Positions 8,929 to 19,757 of a stretch of DNA of 64,000 nucleotides are shown piece after piece; position 1 is the stretch's first letter, and every line of letters starts with the position of its first letter. The notes under the pieces are model-generated. The model did no database searches. It was not told where the DNA came from and was given only the letters and a program-made list of their open reading frames with translations. A program made the translations under genes and the position numbers. The stretch comes from a bacterium (lineage in GTDB: Bacteria > Fidelibacterota > Fidelibacteria > Fidelibacterales > Fidelibacteraceae). The stretch spans positions 352,001-416,000 of the forward strand of contig OY781066.1 of assembly GCA_963676395.1 (NCBI GenBank), read 5' to 3'.

Positions 8929-11226
8929 CTATTTCATTAATAACATTTTTACACTCTTACAGGTAGTACTCGCATTGAATTTTGCTATATAAATTCCACT
9001 GGGCAAATTTGCAGCATTAAAGTCAACAAAATGACTCCCCGCCGACAATTGTTGCTTGATCAACTCTTGAATTTTCTTACCTTGTAAATCATAAACGCTT
9101 AACTCAACAAAATCATCTTGAGGAATTTCTATTCTTATCCTCGTTGAAGGATTGAAAGGATTGGGATAATTTTGATCTAAACGATAAGTAGAAACAATTT
9201 CCTGGGGAGAAATTGCTGTCAATTCAACTTCAAAATCAAAATAATTCAACACAGATTTCATAATGACACCTTGCATTGAATCCGGATAAATACTTTCAAA
9301 TGGGAAACCAAAATATACAAGTTGCCCTTCTAACTCCGAGTCCCCAAATTTACCTGTATATTCAATTCCCGCACAACCATAAGTAAGTGTATCTAAACCT
9401 GAATAATACATAGATATTGCAGCACCTTCTTGAGGAGCAAAACCATCGGGTGCAAATACCTTATAAATATCATGCGTACCATCATCAAAACTAATTGGAG
9501 CCACACCATTTAACAAAGAACTACTAACATTTTCTGTAAGATATGCTTTTGCTTTACCGTTTTTAACTTTGGCCTTCAAATAGTTTTTATAAAATTCTTC
9601 ATCTTTATTAATCAATGATAAATTCTCCACGATTTGCGCACCGCTAACAAACAGCTTTCCACCGGCTTCAAGAAATGCTCTAGCAAATGTACGTTCTTCT
9701 TCGAGAAATACCCCATTATCTAAGCCACAAATCCAATCAATGCATTTGTAGTCATCTGCTGCAATATTTGATAACATCAAGGCCTCATCCGACATTGAAT
9801 CGTAACCAAGACCGGAGTTAGAAATCGCTTGTCCATGTTGAATGGGAAAATCATACGTATTTCCCGATAACGCCATATCAAAGGCCTGAACGATCAGAAT
9901 TTCATTCACTTCATCCGTCATATAAATACTTAACACATCCTTTGCACAGGGCCCAACACCATAATCATTTTTTCCTGCGATCTTAAAAGCATGACTTTGC
10001 TCTAAAGCCAAAGATTTAAGAGTATCGCAAACCGAATCAATATAAAGGGTATCCGTAAAATCATTTCCATTGTAAGCATGATAAAGTTTAAAACCATTCG
10101 CTCTGTACACACTATCAACACGTACTTCAATTTCACCATTCCCAATATGTCTTAAAGAAAACCATTTTGGCTGAGCAAAAGGACGAAATCCGGGTAATGC
10201 TTCAATGTTTGTATAAATACCTTGATCTGTACCAACTATTGTATCTGTTTCATTGCAAAAAAATGATCTAACCTGATTACTCCCTATAAACCAATTGCTT
10301 TTATCAAGTACTGACCAACTTCCATCATTTTGGTCAAGCTCCAACAAACCCGCTCCTTCAAAATTAACTCCATCCACATAGTGAAAAAGGCCGGCATATA
10401 TTTTAGAGCCATGTGACTGAATAAAGTGAATTCCATCAGCAGGAAGCCCTGTCGATTCTTCATACTTCGTCCAAGCTCCTTGAGAAAAATTAAACAACCC
10501 TCCCCTACAATAATTTGGTGCTTGTATTGAGGTATATTCATCTAAGCCCAACCAGAAACCATATTCATTTACCAAAAGACTTCGGCACATCACAAGATCC
10601 GAACTCGTAGGTATCCCGGCATTCTTGCTATAATAAGTCACTGAAGCAGGATCACTAATATTCAAGGATGCATCATAACGAAACACCCCATCATCCGTTC
10701 CTATCCATACGATAGTATCTGTAGCAAAAACAGAATTCGTATAAGAAGTTTGATAGTTATCCGGTTTCAAATTATCATGAACTTTATATGATTTTGTGCT
10801 GAATGGTTTGGTAAGTAATCCCGTAAATGACGCAACAAACAATGAATCACTATTGGCCGAAAAGCCTCTAACCCAATTGGAGTATACACCTCCGGGTAAA
10901 ATATCGTGATCCCAATCACTACCATCAAGTTTACATGAATGTATACCGTAATTTGTAGCAAACCATACTCGGTTATTTGCAATAAGCATATCATTTACGT
11001 CATCGCTTTGCGTCATATAACCGTTATCTTTTTTGTAATAATACCACTCTTTTTCTCGCTCATCATATCTTAAAGCGCCATGGGATGAAGTTGCCAACCA
11101 ATATCCATGCTCATATTCAAGAATATCAACAATACAATAATCGGATAAAATATTTTTCCAGGATTGTGCCGAGAGAGTAAATGTTGCAAGAAGCAACAAT
11201 AATATGACCAAACGTACTTTTTTCAT
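8929..11226 (-). CDS. Secreted multidomain protein: propeller-like repeats, FN3-like segment, C-terminal secretion-system sorting domain
   Basis: Signal peptide; repeated W.AT..G/WIGT..G blades; C-terminal LDQNYPNPFNPST...LPSGIY...KMLLMK. Confidence 0.75.
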   Translation of the reverse strand: MKKVRLVILLLLLATFTLSAQSWKNILSDYCIVDILEYEHGYWLATSSHGALRYDEREKEWYYYKKDNGYMTQSDDVNDMLIANNRVWFATNYGIHSCKLDGSDWDHDILPGGVYSNWVRGFSANSDSLFVASFTGLLTKPFSTKSYKVHDNLKPDNYQTSYTNSVFATDTIVWIGTDDGVFRYDASLNISDPASVTYYSKNAGIPTSSDLVMCRSLLVNEYGFWLGLDEYTSIQAPNYCRGGLFNFSQGAWTKYEESTGLPADGIHFIQSHGSKIYAGLFHYVDGVNFEGAGLLELDQNDGSWSVLDKSNWFIGSNQVRSFFCNETDTIVGTDQGIYTNIEALPGFRPFAQPKWFSLRHIGNGEIEVRVDSVYRANGFKLYHAYNGNDFTDTLYIDSVCDTLKSLALEQSHAFKIAGKNDYGVGPCAKDVLSIYMTDEVNEILIVQAFDMALSGNTYDFPIQHGQAISNSGLGYDSMSDEALMLSNIAADDYKCIDWICGLDNGVFLEEERTFARAFLEAGGKLFVSGAQIVENLSLINKDEEFYKNYLKAKVKNGKAKAYLTENVSSSLLNGVAPISFDDGTHDIYKVFAPDGFAPQEGAAISMYYSGLDTLTYGCAGIEYTGKFGDSELEGQLVYFGFPFESIYPDSMQGVIMKSVLNYFDFEVELTAISPQEIVSTYRLDQNYPNPFNPSTRIRIEIPQDDFVELSVYDLQGKKIQELIKQQLSAGSHFVDFNAANLPSGIYIAKFNASTTCKSVKMLLMK

Positions 11227-11393
11227 GTATCCACCTTTATTACTTAATTATCAAGGCAGTAATATATAAAGAAAGTATAAGAATTGTATATTAAATATTA
11301 AAATTTATAAAAATAGTATAAATTTATTTATCGTATAAGTGCATTAACCTTTTCTGCTCAACTTTTACAAATAATTACACTTATTACAACGAC

Positions 11394-12767
11394 TTACGAC
11401 TTACGCTTTTCCTTTTTCATTCTCTCAAAATAATCTTTGCTCAATTTTACAACAATTGGCGATAGTACAATGATCGCGACAAGGTTTGGCAAAGCCATGA
11501 GCGCATTCATAATATCCGAAAATCCGATAACGATATCAAATTGTACAACAGCACCCAATACAATGAATACAAGATAAACCCATCTATAGGGCTTAATCGC
11601 ATTCTTGCCAAAAAGATAATCGGAGGCCCTGTCTCCATAATAGGACCAGGATACCAAGGTAGAAAAGGCAAAAAAGACAATTCCCAAAGCAACGATCTTT
11701 CCACCGAATGCTGAGTTCAGTCCGAGCTCAAAAGCTTTGGCGGTCAATTCGCCATCTGTAAAACCCATTTCGTGTACGCCGGTAACAAGAATGATCAATG
11801 CCGTTAAACTACAGACCAAAATAGTGTCAATAAATGGCCCTAACATGGCTACAAGACCCTCACGAACCGGTTCATTGGTTCTAGCGGCACCATGTGCAAT
11901 AGCGGCCGAACCCATACCGGCCTCGTTAGAGAATAATCCACGCTTCACACCATTTCGGATAACCGTACCCAAAATACCGCCGGCTAAAGCGGCAGGTGTA
12001 TGAAAGGCGTAATAAAATATATCACGAAATACTCCCGGTATAGCGTTAAAATTCATAGCAAGAATAATGAGTCCCGCTCCCATATAAAATACAAACATAA
12101 AAGGAACGATCTTTGAAGCCACTTTACCAATGCTTTTAATACCACCAAGAATAACGGCACCCACAAGCGTAGCAATACCAATACCAACTAAGAGATTAAA
12201 TATAAAAGTCGGTTCATTGCCTTCATTGAACAAAAAATTAATACTGGTAGCCACATTATTGATTTGGAACATGTTTCCGATACCAAATGAAGCCAACATC
12301 GTAAAAGTAGCAAACAATACAGCCAACCATTTAAAATTCTTACCCATTCCCTGTTCTATATAATACATAGGACCGCCATGAGCTTCGCCATGTTCATCGA
12401 TCTTCCTAAAATGCACGGCTAAGGTACATGAGGTAAATTTTAAAGCCATACCAAATAGTGCCGTGATCCACATCCAAAATACCGCCCCGGGACCGCCCGC
12501 AAGAATAGCCGCAGCCACACCCACGATATTTCCGGTACCAATGGTTCCGGACAAGGCAGCCGTTAAAGCCTGAAAGTGAGTGATCTCACCGGGATCTTTT
12601 TCTTTATCATATTTACCGGATAAAATACCAAGACCATGCTTAAATCCACGAAGTTGAATAAACTTATAACGGATTGACATAAAAATACCGGTACCAACAA
12701 GAATCACCATTAATGGCGGACCCCATACAAAAGACTGAATAGCGGCAATAATTTCATGAATGTTCAT
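11394..12767 (-). CDS. Sodium:alanine/glycine symporter (AlsT/AgcS family)
   Basis: GTIGTGNIVGVA, GGPGAVFWMW, GGPMYYI and RGLFSNEAGMGSA motifs. Confidence 0.93.
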   Translation of the reverse strand: MNIHEIIAAIQSFVWGPPLMVILVGTGIFMSIRYKFIQLRGFKHGLGILSGKYDKEKDPGEITHFQALTAALSGTIGTGNIVGVAAAILAGGPGAVFWMWITALFGMALKFTSCTLAVHFRKIDEHGEAHGGPMYYIEQGMGKNFKWLAVLFATFTMLASFGIGNMFQINNVATSINFLFNEGNEPTFIFNLLVGIGIATLVGAVILGGIKSIGKVASKIVPFMFVFYMGAGLIILAMNFNAIPGVFRDIFYYAFHTPAALAGGILGTVIRNGVKRGLFSNEAGMGSAAIAHGAARTNEPVREGLVAMLGPFIDTILVCSLTALIILVTGVHEMGFTDGELTAKAFELGLNSAFGGKIVALGIVFFAFSTLVSWSYYGDRASDYLFGKNAIKPYRWVYLVFIVLGAVVQFDIVIGFSDIMNALMALPNLVAIIVLSPIVVKLSKDYFERMKKEKRKS

Positions 12768-13061
12768 ATCGGCTCCTTTCCAAAACTATAACTCAGTACA
12801 ATATATTTACAATATTAAAGCGAATATAAGAGAATTATTTTGGATTATGAATCATAAATTATGAATTATGGACTCTTTAAATAAGTGTATAAAGTCAATC
12901 TCTTAGATCACTGCGTAATTAGTCTTAAATATAGTGAAAGAATCTCATGACGATTTAACATAAAGCATCAGATTGCTTCTATGAAACCATAAAAAATAAT
13001 TATGTATAAATAAATATTCTAAACAGAAACAAACAGCATCCATAAAACTGATTTGATAATT

Positions 13062-13679
13062 TTAAACTATATTAAAATTGGGATCCAAATTATCCCCGGG
13101 TCGAAACTCCTGAAAAATATGATGTGCCTTCAAATCTTTCATCCATGCTCTGATCTCGGATAAGTGCTCTTCACGATGTATTGTTGGCACAACGGTCGTT
13201 CTGAATTCATGGGGAATCAGCGATTCGATGATCAAGTCAATACTTTGATGTATATGTTCTATATCAATATCTTGTCCACAGGCCATAGCATATCCGGATG
13301 GCGAAGATTTTATATCCATAGCAATAAAATCCAAAATATCTTCATGAATAACTTCTGAAAGAAATCCCGGAGAATATCCATTCGTATCCAATTTTAATAA
13401 ATATCCCATTGATCTTATTTCTTTCATAAATGGAATAATATCCTTTTGACAAGAAGGCTCACCGCCCGATATAACCACAGCGTCAATCATATCCTTACGT
13501 TTATTTAAATAAGATAGAACCTCTTCTTTACTGATCGTTTTTCCGAATCTTTCAGGAAGAACCAAAGCGGGATTGTGACAAAAAGGGCAGCGAAAATCAC
13601 AGCCTTGAGTAAAAACAACAGCTGCCACTTTCCCGGGATAATCGATCAACGAAAATTTTTGAAAACCACCAATTCGCAT
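13062..13679 (-). CDS. nrdG: Anaerobic ribonucleotide reductase activating radical SAM protein
   Basis: CDFRCPFCHN CxxxCxxC, SGGEP and EFRTTVVP motifs; coupled to nrdD. Confidence 0.9.
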   Translation of the reverse strand: MRIGGFQKFSLIDYPGKVAAVVFTQGCDFRCPFCHNPALVLPERFGKTISKEEVLSYLNKRKDMIDAVVISGGEPSCQKDIIPFMKEIRSMGYLLKLDTNGYSPGFLSEVIHEDILDFIAMDIKSSPSGYAMACGQDIDIEHIHQSIDLIIESLIPHEFRTTVVPTIHREEHLSEIRAWMKDLKAHHIFQEFRPGDNLDPNFNIV

Positions 13680-15787
13680 TATTCTACTTTTAGCATTTTT
13701 CTGTTCTTAAATTCATTTTTCTTACCATCATTCCATTGGTTTACAGGACGGATATAACCTACCACACGCGAATAAATCTCACAGTTTTCTCCGCATTGTG
13801 GACATTCTCTGTGTTCACCCGAAAGATATCCATGACTGGGACAAACCGAAAAGGTCGGTGTAAGTGTAAAATATGGTAAACGATAATTTTCGCAGACTTT
13901 TTTTACAAAGGATTTTACAGCATTCGTATTCGACATACGTTCACCCACAAAAACATGTACAACAGTTCCGCCCGTAAATTTAGTCTGTAATTCATCCTGA
14001 AGCTCTAATAACTCAAAAGGATCATCCGTGTAATTAACCGGTAACTGTACAGAATTTGTATAGTATGGTTCAGCGCCTTTTTTATAATCACTATCATTTG
14101 CACAAATAATATCAGGAAATTTGTTTTTATCAATTTTCGCAAAGCGATATGCCGTACCTTCAGCAGGAGTTGCTTCAAGGTTATAATAGTTGCCGGTATT
14201 TTCCTGTACTTCAATAATTTTATCTCTCAAAACATCCATCACTTCAACGGCAAAGTCTCTCCCCTCCTCTTCTGCAATATTTTTACCAAGAAGATTTTCG
14301 CAGGCTTCGTTCATTCCGATTACACCGATGGTACTGAAATGATTTCCCCAATAACAATTTAATCTTTGCTTTATGTCCTGTAAATAATGTTTTACATAAG
14401 GGAAAAAATTATTCTCCGTGTAAATTTCCAATACCTTTCTCTTGATCTCTAAACTTTGAACAGCCGTTTCTACCGTTAAGAACAACTTTTCATAAAACTC
14501 ATCTTTATTTTTAGCAAGAAAAGCGATACGCGGGAGGTTTATGGTTACTACCCCAATAGAACCGGTCAGTGGATTTGCTCCAAATAAACCACCGCCACGT
14601 TTACGTAATTCACGGTTATCCAACCGTAATCGACAACACATGGAACGAGCATCATCGGGATTCATATCAGAATTAACAAAATTCGAGAAATATGGGATAC
14701 CGTATTTGGCTGTCATCTCCCACAATCCCTCAAGTTCAGGATTTTCCCAATTAAAATCAGAGCTAATATTGTAAGTTGGAATTGGAAATGTAAACACCCT
14801 ACCTTTAGCATCCCCGGCTAACATAACTTCAAAAAACGCTCGATTGAGCATATTCATTTCTTTTTGAAAATCTTCATAGCACTCTTTTTTTACCTCACCG
14901 CCAATCATTACATTTTGATCAGCGTAAATACTAGAAGCCTGTAAATCCAAAGTAATGTTTGTAAAAGGAGTTTGGAAGCCTACTCTTGTAGGAACATTAA
15001 TATTAAAAACGAATTCCTGCATCGCCTGTTTTACGTCTTTGTAACTCAAACCATCATAACGAATATAAGGTGCCAATAATGTATCAAAGCTGGAAAAAGC
15101 CTGAGCGCCTGCCGCCTCTCCCTGTAGCGTATAAAAGAAATTTATGATCTGTCCCAAAGCGGTCCTTAAATGTTTGGCAGGCTTGCTCTCTATTTTTCCG
15201 CTAACACCGCCAAATCCTTTATGTAAAAGCTGATATAGATCCCAGCCTACACAATATACCGATAAAGAATTCAAATCATGTACATGTAGTTCACCATTAA
15301 GATGTGCATCTCTGATCTTCGGGGGATATACTTTATTTAACCAATAGACTTTCGAGATCTCTGATGAGATGTAATTATTCAAACCTTGTAAAGAATATGA
15401 CATATTGGAATTTTCCCGAACTTTCCAATCCTTTTTCCCAATATACTGATCAACAAGATCCAATTGGGCACGTGTAGCCATATCACGCAATTTTGCATGT
15501 TGATCCCTGTATAAAATATATTCTTTAGCGGTTTTTAAATAAGGAGATTGGATCAATACCTCTTCGACAATATCCTGAATATCTTCTACATTCGGTGTAT
15601 TTACATTGATAGTCTGAAATGCCAAACTAAGCACCCGCATGGTGATCTTTTTGGCAGTGTTTTCTCCAAATTCACCTGTGGCATGTCCCGCCGAATTAAT
15701 AGCGCGTGTAATTTTGTTTGCATCGAACGGTACTCTCGATCCGTCTCGTTTGATAATATTCTGAAAAATTGTGTCGGGATGTGACAT
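13679..15787 (-). CDS. nrdD: Class III (anaerobic) ribonucleoside-triphosphate reductase with N-terminal ATP cone
   Basis: IIKRDG ATP cone, SMCCRL finger loop, ATPAEG, CxxH/CxxC Zn site and YSRVVGY glycyl-radical motif. Confidence 0.95.
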   Translation of the reverse strand: MSHPDTIFQNIIKRDGSRVPFDANKITRAINSAGHATGEFGENTAKKITMRVLSLAFQTINVNTPNVEDIQDIVEEVLIQSPYLKTAKEYILYRDQHAKLRDMATRAQLDLVDQYIGKKDWKVRENSNMSYSLQGLNNYISSEISKVYWLNKVYPPKIRDAHLNGELHVHDLNSLSVYCVGWDLYQLLHKGFGGVSGKIESKPAKHLRTALGQIINFFYTLQGEAAGAQAFSSFDTLLAPYIRYDGLSYKDVKQAMQEFVFNINVPTRVGFQTPFTNITLDLQASSIYADQNVMIGGEVKKECYEDFQKEMNMLNRAFFEVMLAGDAKGRVFTFPIPTYNISSDFNWENPELEGLWEMTAKYGIPYFSNFVNSDMNPDDARSMCCRLRLDNRELRKRGGGLFGANPLTGSIGVVTINLPRIAFLAKNKDEFYEKLFLTVETAVQSLEIKRKVLEIYTENNFFPYVKHYLQDIKQRLNCYWGNHFSTIGVIGMNEACENLLGKNIAEEEGRDFAVEVMDVLRDKIIEVQENTGNYYNLEATPAEGTAYRFAKIDKNKFPDIICANDSDYKKGAEPYYTNSVQLPVNYTDDPFELLELQDELQTKFTGGTVVHVFVGERMSNTNAVKSFVKKVCENYRLPYFTLTPTFSVCPSHGYLSGEHRECPQCGENCEIYSRVVGYIRPVNQWNDGKKNEFKNRKMLKVE

Positions 15788-15825
15788 GAGCTCTCCTTTT
15801 GTTTACGCGACAAAATTAAAGTAAT

Positions 15826-15911
15826 GCTATCATGGTTTTCGGACTTAGAGCAAGCTCAATACCGTAGCGCGACTGTGCCTGATTCTAACAGGCTTCCCCA
15901 TCTACGATAGC
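15826..15911 (-). ncRNA. Cobalamin riboswitch (short, class II / AdoCbl-variant-like) in the nrdD leader
   Basis: Minus strand reads GCTATC...GGGGAA-GCCTG-TTAGAAT-CAGGC-ACAGTCGCGCTACGGTA...AAGTCCGAAAACCA-TGATAGC: GGGAA, T-loop hairpin, B12-box-like end and closing stem. Confidence 0.8.
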
Positions 15912-15939
15912 TAAATAAAATGTAAATATCGTTTTCAAA

Positions 15940-15955
15940 CGACAATTTATTGTAC
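15940..15955. promoter_or_regulatory. Possible NrdR box
   Basis: Core ACAATTTATTGT is one mismatch from the palindrome ACAATATATTGT and lies upstream of nrdD; only one copy seen. Confidence 0.4.
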
Positions 15956-16105
15956 GAATTATTATCAAATTGACCAACGATTATTGAATATATTTTTAAA
16001 TATCAATACTCATTTTCATATTGATCATAGAGCCATCAACACTCTCACAGCTGAACCCCGGCATATTCATAACTTATCAAATCAATTACAATTATTTACC
16101 GGGAC

Positions 16106-16142
16106 AAAAAAATGCCTCGAAGAATTAGTCCGAGGCATTTTT
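16106..16142 (-). terminator. Terminator downstream of the GltS-like gene
   Basis: AAAAATGCCTCG...CGAGGCATTTTT inverted repeat. Confidence 0.75.
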
Positions 16143-16167
16143 ATCAATAGATGTAAATTAAAAAATC

Positions 16168-17598
16168 TTAATCAGCTTTTTTCTTTAGCCAAACCTGACG
16201 TTTATTTTTGAAAGCGTTATTCTTGGATTTAACGATAAAGTAGATCGTACATCCAATAAAATAGACAAAAGTCAGTCCAAGGAACATCCAAAAATACATC
16301 CAATTTCCTTCCAAGAAAGCTTTTACCGGCCAACTCAGGAAAAGAATAAGCGGAATAACCAGCACAAACACAATACCCGAACCGTAGGTATAATCTTCAA
16401 CAACCGGTGAATCAAATTCAGGATCGACCACACGAATCAGAGCAAGTGCTGTAGAGAGGGTGCCTGTCGATACACCAAAAATCATCAGTGTTCTGAAAAA
16501 GCGGTGAGTTTTATACATTCGGGAACCGATATAAATAACCGCCCAGATGGAAATGGCTCCACCAACGATCGAAACAATTAGAATAGGCAGCCAATAATTA
16601 GCAATTACTGCAATTGAAATCGCTCCGATAGCCGCAGTAACCATAATATCGACCAATAGACCCGATACTCGATTCATTGTTAAATTATCAATAATATGAT
16701 CTCCTTTGAGTGCAACAATGATCTTTCGAACAATCATACCGGTAAGGGCGGCAAAAATAAAGTTTATTCCCCAAAGACTTTCACCCAATTGAACACCTGC
16801 ATTACCAATTAAAGCAAGTACATTGGTTAAACCAAGCAATAACAAATATGACAAAAAATATGTAAAAATAACCAACCCTGTCTGCAAGGTCATTGAATCA
16901 ATAGCTTCACTTTCGGAAGTCAAATAGGAACCAACAGGTTTAGGCTCTTTACGATCACGGGAAAAAATACCTTTTCGAGTACCTTCTTTGCTCATATATG
17001 ATAATTCTTCTTCGGAGATCCAATTGTTTCTTTTGGCAAAATTGATAAAATAAATACCACCAAAACAGCAAAGAATAAATCCAATGGCTGCAAAGGTTAA
17101 TCCTACCGAACCCAGTCCGGTCATACCCATCATATTATTCCAGGACATCCCAATGGACATAGCTTGTCCCGGTCCTAAAACAAAACCTAAAGGCATAAAT
17201 TCGCCAAAAGACCAGAAAAGCTCGGGACGAAATGTTTTTACCATAATAAAGGTCAATAGAAGTCCGACAATGATCTGAATGGAATATTGATAGAGAATAC
17301 CAATCGCCATCGGCATTGAGCCATCATTATCTTTTGATTTCGGTTTGGTATGTTTGAGTGTTAACACAACAAAGGACATACCAAGAAAGTGATAAGCCAG
17401 ATCTTTAAGTGTCCCTATTTCAAAACCCAGTGATGGAAAAACGTAGTTATACAAAGGCAGTAAAATAAAACCGGCAGTCAATGCGTTCGGGATAAGAAAT
17501 TTCTGAAAGAATTTTACTTTAGAACGAATAAAGGTGGCAATAAGTAAAGCACAGGAAATAATTCCCAAGTTGATAAATACATCCCAATTGAAATGCAT
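16168..17598 (-). CDS. Sodium:glutamate symporter (GltS-like)
   Basis: FQKFLIP..LTAG, GFVLGPGQA and FGVSTGT motifs; many TM helices. Confidence 0.78.
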   Translation of the reverse strand: MHFNWDVFINLGIISCALLIATFIRSKVKFFQKFLIPNALTAGFILLPLYNYVFPSLGFEIGTLKDLAYHFLGMSFVVLTLKHTKPKSKDNDGSMPMAIGILYQYSIQIIVGLLLTFIMVKTFRPELFWSFGEFMPLGFVLGPGQAMSIGMSWNNMMGMTGLGSVGLTFAAIGFILCCFGGIYFINFAKRNNWISEEELSYMSKEGTRKGIFSRDRKEPKPVGSYLTSESEAIDSMTLQTGLVIFTYFLSYLLLLGLTNVLALIGNAGVQLGESLWGINFIFAALTGMIVRKIIVALKGDHIIDNLTMNRVSGLLVDIMVTAAIGAISIAVIANYWLPILIVSIVGGAISIWAVIYIGSRMYKTHRFFRTLMIFGVSTGTLSTALALIRVVDPEFDSPVVEDYTYGSGIVFVLVIPLILFLSWPVKAFLEGNWMYFWMFLGLTFVYFIGCTIYFIVKSKNNAFKNKRQVWLKKKAD

Positions 17599-17742
17599 GA
17601 TCCCTCCAAATGTTTTGCTTAGGCTTAGAGCTTAAGATTTAGTTAGATATGCTTAAAGGTCTGTTTCCCCAAACCACCCTAACTTATCTAAACATTTAAA
17701 CTTCCAAGCGTATTTCTATAACAATTATCTAATCTTATATAA

Positions 17743-18018
17743 TTATTTTGAGTCTTCCAGAGGCTTCTTATAAAAAAGATAAATTGAATCATCATCCAAT
17801 GCAAAACCCATTTGATAGCGCCATCCTTCCATTGTTAGCGCTTCAGATTCATATTGGAGATCATCCATCTTTACATGATCTACCGATTCATTTCCGGTAC
17901 CGGGCATGAACTGATTTACAAAATTATCATCATTAACAATACGAAGAACCTTGTGGCCCCAGTCAGATTTGTTTGTTTGTTTGTTTTTCTGTTTCAAATT
18001 CACCTCTACTTGCTCCAA
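17743..18018 (-). CDS. Hypothetical protein
   Basis: 91-aa ORF filling an intergenic gap; TTG start, no recognised motif. Confidence 0.4.
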   Translation of the reverse strand: MEQVEVNLKQKNKQTNKSDWGHKVLRIVNDDNFVNQFMPGTGNESVDHVKMDDLQYESEALTMEGWRYQMGFALDDDSIYLFYKKPLEDSK

Positions 18019-18092
18019 ATTTACGAAATTGAGAGAGCATTAGCAATTATTATTGTTCGATTGTAGAAAGCCGACCTGAATGTTAGCGGAAT

Positions 18093-18118
18093 AAAAAAGG
18101 TCGATTCTAAAGTCGACC
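18093..18118 (-). terminator. Terminator downstream of rsmA
   Basis: GGTCGAC-TTTAGA-ATCGACC-TTTTTT on the minus strand. Confidence 0.65.
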
Positions 18119-18170
18119 ATACCTTTCCAAAACGATCAATATAAATTCATTTTTCATTCGTAATTGACAA

Positions 18171-18941
18171 TTAAGCTTCCCCTTGTTGATTGGCAATTAT
18201 CAATTGATTGAGTTCGCAAAAATCATTTGGACTTAATTGATCCACTCTCTTTCCCCAATCAAACTTATTTTCCAATTCGGGAGTAAAATAATGCTTCAGA
18301 CTATTTCGCAAAGTTTTACGTCGCTGATTAAATGCCGTTTGTACAATTTTAATGTAAAACTCATCGTTTATATCATCATCATGAAAAATTAATTTAACAC
18401 AAGCTGACATCACTTTAGGAGGTGGAAAAAACACTGAAGGAGGAATAGTAAACAATAGCTTAGTCTCTGCAAAAGTATGAGATAAAACGGCAAGAATACC
18501 ATAAGCATCATCACCCGGCTTAGCAACCAGCTTATCGGCAAATTCTTTTTGAACCATAAAAATCAGCTCACTAATTCCTGCACGATGCTTAAAAGCTTTA
18601 TATAGCAAGGCGCGGGAGACATTATATGGAATATTGCCCACCAATCTATCCACAGGTAAAAAGGGTTCCCAATCGATCTTGGTTGCATCGACTTCTTCGC
18701 AATTAAAATCACAACGATCTTGTGCGATTTTTTTCCAATTCTCTGCCAAAACCGTGTCCAGCTCTAAAGATGTAAGTTCACAATCCATATTCAGAAGCTC
18801 ATGAGTCAAAGCTCCCTCACCCGGTCCTATTTCCAATATCTTATAACCCGGCAACAACTCAAAAGAACGTATGATCTTTGCAATCATGTTCTTATCTGTT
18901 AAAAAGTGTTGGCCAAGGGATTTTTTGGGGATATGATGCAT
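18171..18941 (-). CDS. rsmA: 16S rRNA m6(2)A1518/1519 dimethyltransferase
   Basis: KKSLGQHFL, EIGPGEG, GNIPYN, F.PPPKV and F.QRRKTLRN motifs. Confidence 0.95.
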   Translation of the reverse strand: MHHIPKKSLGQHFLTDKNMIAKIIRSFELLPGYKILEIGPGEGALTHELLNMDCELTSLELDTVLAENWKKIAQDRCDFNCEEVDATKIDWEPFLPVDRLVGNIPYNVSRALLYKAFKHRAGISELIFMVQKEFADKLVAKPGDDAYGILAVLSHTFAETKLLFTIPPSVFFPPPKVMSACVKLIFHDDDINDEFYIKIVQTAFNQRRKTLRNSLKHYFTPELENKFDWGKRVDQLSPNDFCELNQLIIANQQGEA

Positions 18942-19004
18942 AAATTAATTTGTTCTGAGTAAAGTACGGTCGCAACCATTCCCTACTTGATGTTTATAAA
19001 TCAT

Positions 19005-19757
19005 TTAAAATTTAAAAAACGTTTCTGCTGTCTTTGTAGTCATGCTCGCTACCTCACTTACGCTTTTCCCAAATATCTGCGCAAACGTTTTGGCAACTTC
19101 TATCACATAGGCCGGTTCATTTTGTTTACCACGATGCGGAATGGGTGCCATCCAGGGACAATCGGTTTCGATCATTAATTTTTCAAGCGGGAGTTTTGAG
19201 ACCAATTCTTTTACCTGCTTCGCGAACGTTACCACACCGGTAAATGAGATCAAGGCTCCTCTGTTCAGTACTTTCTTTGCAAAGGTTTCATCGGAACCAT
19301 AACAATGAAATTGGGCATGAAAACAATCTACAATATCCATGATTTCATAGGTATCGGCATCTGCCGTACGATTATGAATGATCATGGGATATTGTTTATC
19401 TTTGGCGAGTTCTAACTGTCCTTGAAATATTTTTTTCTGAATGTCAGTGGGAGCATAATCGCGGAAGTAATCGAGTCCTATCTCTCCCACCGCAACCACT
19501 TTGGGATGTTGGATCAATTCTTCAAGGATCTTTAGGTGATCCTTTTCAGCCTTTACGGAATCATGAGGGTGAATCCCTACCGCCGCATAAATACCTTCAA
19601 ACTTTTCGGTCAACTTTATTGCTTTTTCTGACGTCGCAATATCAATCGCTGGAACGATTATTTTACTCACACCTGCAAGCTCTGCCCGCTCAAGATAGGG
19701 AGCGGGATCTTTGTAAAAAGGATCCAAATTTAAGTGAGCATGAGTATCTATAAACAT
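19005..19757 (-). CDS. tatD: TatD family deoxyribonuclease
   Basis: DTHAHL, GIHPH, GEIGLDY and ETDCPW motifs. Confidence 0.92.
   Translation of the reverse strand: MFIDTHAHLNLDPFYKDPAPYLERAELAGVSKIIVPAIDIATSEKAIKLTEKFEGIYAAVGIHPHDSVKAEKDHLKILEELIQHPKVVAVGEIGLDYFRDYAPTDIQKKIFQGQLELAKDKQYPMIIHNRTADADTYEIMDIVDCFHAQFHCYGSDETFAKKVLNRGALISFTGVVTFAKQVKELVSKLPLEKLMIETDCPWMAPIPHRGKQNEPAYVIEVAKTFAQIFGKSVSEVASMTTKTAETFFKF

Noticed and set aside
12768..13061. Possible glycine riboswitch upstream of the alanine/glycine symporter
   Set aside because: No GGAGA/CCGAAG/CTCTCAGG core on the minus strand; only AT-rich sequence.
15984..16211. 75-aa plus-strand ORF, and the many other short antisense ORFs in the track
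   Set aside because: They overlap terminators or well-supported genes on the opposite strand; treated as shadow ORFs.
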